Shown here in pieces: positions 22,357-26,626 of a stretch of DNA of 26,626 nt; position 1 is the first letter of the stretch, and each line of letters opens with the position of its first letter. The stretch is from Eledone cirrhosa (taxonomy: Eukaryota). The position numbers were made by a program, and so were the translations under genes. Below the pieces are notes generated by a model. That model had not been told where the DNA came from, made no database searches, and saw only the letters and a program-made list of their open reading frames with translations. The stretch covers positions 1-26,626 of the forward strand of contig CAXHJY010001508.1 of assembly GCA_964016885.1 (NCBI GenBank), in the 5' to 3' direction.

Positions 22357-23149
22357 ATTAGGTGATTGGCAGGTTTCTGGAAGTTTGTGTTGCAAATAGT
22401 CAATGTACTCGCATCACAAAATTCAAGAAGTCTCACTCCTTCTTCATTTCTTGAACCGTAACCGTGCCCACCATGTACCCCAGTGTAACCATACTGGAGC
22501 TGTCCAACATGACCATTGAAGTCTCCTGCTTAACGATGTCTCCGTCCTCTGTCATTGTGGTTGTTTGCAAAAGTTGCTCATAAAAGCAGTCTTTCTCATC
22601 TTTGCCTAGGCCTGCTTGGGGAGCATAGACCGAGATGATTGTCAGTAGTCTCCTACCTACAACTAATCTAAGCTTAATTATTCGATTACAAACTCGAACT
22701 ACCTCTATTGTCTTATTGATCCATTTCTCAGCCAGGAAAATGCCTACTCCCCCTAACCCATCATCCTTACCTACCCAGAATAGCTTATAGCTAAGACGCT
22801 TGCCTACGACTAGTCTCGCAGAGGCACCTCTCCATCTCACCTCTTGCACGCAGCACACATCCACCTGCCTTCTCTCCAGCATCTCCGCTATTTCAGCAGA
22901 TCTACGTCTGAGAGTGCCAACATTAAGTGTTGCAACTCTGAGATGCGACGTCTTCATATTTTCCTATGCTGTTTTGTTGCTGTGCTGATAAGCTTTTTGG
23001 CATTGATTCACTGGTTGGATGCCCTTCCTAACACCAGCGCCACTTTACAGCATGGATTGGGTGCTTTTATTTGTGCCACCAGCACTAGAGAGGATGTCTT
23101 ACTAGACTCAAGGGCCCTCTCTACCCCTCCATTTTACAGCATAGTCATT
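22357..23149 (-). mobile_element. RTE-clade LINE, 5' fragment (5' UTR plus APE endonuclease, one frameshift)
   Basis: ATG at 22957: ATLNVGTL, CVQEVRW, GGVGI, SVYAPQ. Frameshift at ~22530 into AGDFNGHVG..GGHGYGSRNEEGVRLLEFC..NTNFQKPANHLI. The 5' UTR carries GGTGGCAC..AAAAGCACCC..GTTAGGAAGGGCATCC. Confidence 0.9.
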
Positions 23150-23152
23150 AAA

Positions 23153-23185
<33 letters not shown>

Positions 23186-23213
23186 TATATATATTATATA
23201 TATATATATATAT

Positions 23214-23247
<34 letters not shown>

Positions 23248-23265
23248 ATATATTATATATATATA
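23150..23265. repeat. Poly(A) run (~21 nt) followed by a TA array
   Basis: Seen directly. Confidence 0.9.
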
Positions 23266-23653
23266 AGAGGGATCAGATGTTGTTTACTCGAGAGAAGGCT
23301 ACGTTGGTACGGTCACGTGATGCGCATGAAAGACGACAGCTGTATAACAAAGTGCAGGGCAATAAAGATAGACGGTAGCCACGGAGTAGGCAGACCCAGA
23401 AAAAAAAGGGACGAGCTGATAAGTTCCGACCTCACACGCTTACACCTCTCCAAGACAATGTCACTGGACCGAGACCTTTGGCGGTACTCAATAATAGAGA
23501 AGACCCGCCTTACCTAAATACAAAGTAAAAACCTACTACAGTCAGTAGGCATCTCTATCAAAACTCTTGCCTCGAGTGGGAAAACCCCCGTCCAAACCCA
23601 TGCAAGCGTGGAACACGGACGCTAAACCTGATGATGATGATGATGATGATGAT
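23266..23653 (+). mobile_element. RTE LINE 3' fragment (subfamily A) with 3' stem-loop and (GAT)n tail
   Basis: ERRLRWYGHVMRM..GRPRK..DRDLWR, stop at 23517. CGTCC..CCATGCAAGCGTGG..GGACG hairpin at 23589-23621; (TGA)n tail. Confidence 0.9.
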
Positions 23654-23674
23654 ATATATTATATATATATATAT

Positions 23675-23744
<70 letters not shown>

Positions 23745-23790
23745 ATATATTAATATATATTATATATATATATTAATATATATTATATAT
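23654..23790. repeat. Short TA array
   Basis: Seen directly. Confidence 0.9.
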
Positions 23791-24505
23791 AGGTAGGGAG
23801 AAATATGTATGCAGTAGATGTACAGGGAAATTAGACAGTAGAAGTCGCACTGATAGACACATTTTTCAAATGCGAGAGGGCGCAATAGAAGTGGTGGATA
23901 GCTTCCGGTACCTAGGAGATCAGATTAGCATGGGAGGAGGGTGTTCCGAGGCCATAGTATCTAGAATAAGGACGGGTTGGAAGAAGTTTAGGGAGCTGCT
24001 TCCTCTGTTGACGACGAAGGGTTTCTCCCTGCGTATGAAAGGCCGGTTGTATGATGCCTGTGTGAGGAGCGCGATGCTGCATGGTAGTGAGACATGGGCA
24101 GCAGCCGCAGAGGATATGCGACGGCTGGAGAGAAATGAGGCAAGCATGCTCCGTTGGATGTGCAGTGTAAATGTGCGTGAACGACCCAGCATAAATGTGT
24201 TGAGAGAGAAACTGTGTCTGAGAGGGATAGAATGTAGTGTACGGGAGAGGAGACTGAGGTGGTATGGACATGTGATGCGTATGGAGGATGACCGATGGGT
24301 GAAGAAGTGCCAGGAAATGCCAGTTGAAGGAAGACGTGGTAGAGGTAGACCACGAAAAACATGGGCGGAGGTGGTGAGAACAGACCTCAGATCATTGAAG
24401 CTCACGGTGGAGATGACGAGGGACCGTGACGAGTGAAGAGATGCTGTGCTGAATAAGACCCGTCCCACCCTTGCAAGCAGGGAAAAGCGGACGTAAAATG
24501 ATGAT
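23791..24505 (+). mobile_element. RTE LINE 3' fragment (subfamily B) with 3' stem-loop and short ATG tail
   Basis: YVCSRC..VDSFRYLG..KGRLYDACVRSAMLHGSETW..RRLRWYGHVMRM..GRGRPRKTW; probable W>stop at 24434. Hairpin CGTCC-CA-CCCT-TGCAAGC-AGGG-AAAAGC-GGACG at 24461-24493. Confidence 0.92.

Positions 24506-26626
<2,121 letters not shown>

Noticed and set aside
22095-24436. In-frame TGA codons (22095, 24434) as selenocysteine or an alternative genetic code
   Set aside because: Both replace conserved Trp (TGG>TGA) in decayed copies, while other Trp codons remain TGG.

Overview
Eukaryotic, gene-free, transposon-dense window. The RTE family and the huge AT arrays suggest an invertebrate, possibly a cephalopod (inference). 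About half of it is an irregular (TA)n-derived satellite whose 'I/Y-rich ORFs' are artefacts. Embedded in it are three divergent, co-oriented (minus-strand), 5'-truncated Penelope-like retroelements (RT plus C-terminal GIY-YIG, Hydra-clade-like). Two of them end in a type I hammerhead ribozyme followed by AATAAA about 45-50 nt before the TA array. Also present: a decayed DD34E Tc1 transposon with IR/DR ends, three RTE LINE fragments, and two inverted copies of an unidentified dimeric repeat. The most unusual items are three copies of an ~85 bp palindrome built from the RTE 3' terminus folded back exactly at its own stem-loop, two atypical hammerheads (branched stem II; U3-A8 core), and strand polarity with nested inversions and duplications inside the AT satellite. 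All structures and alignments were read by eye.
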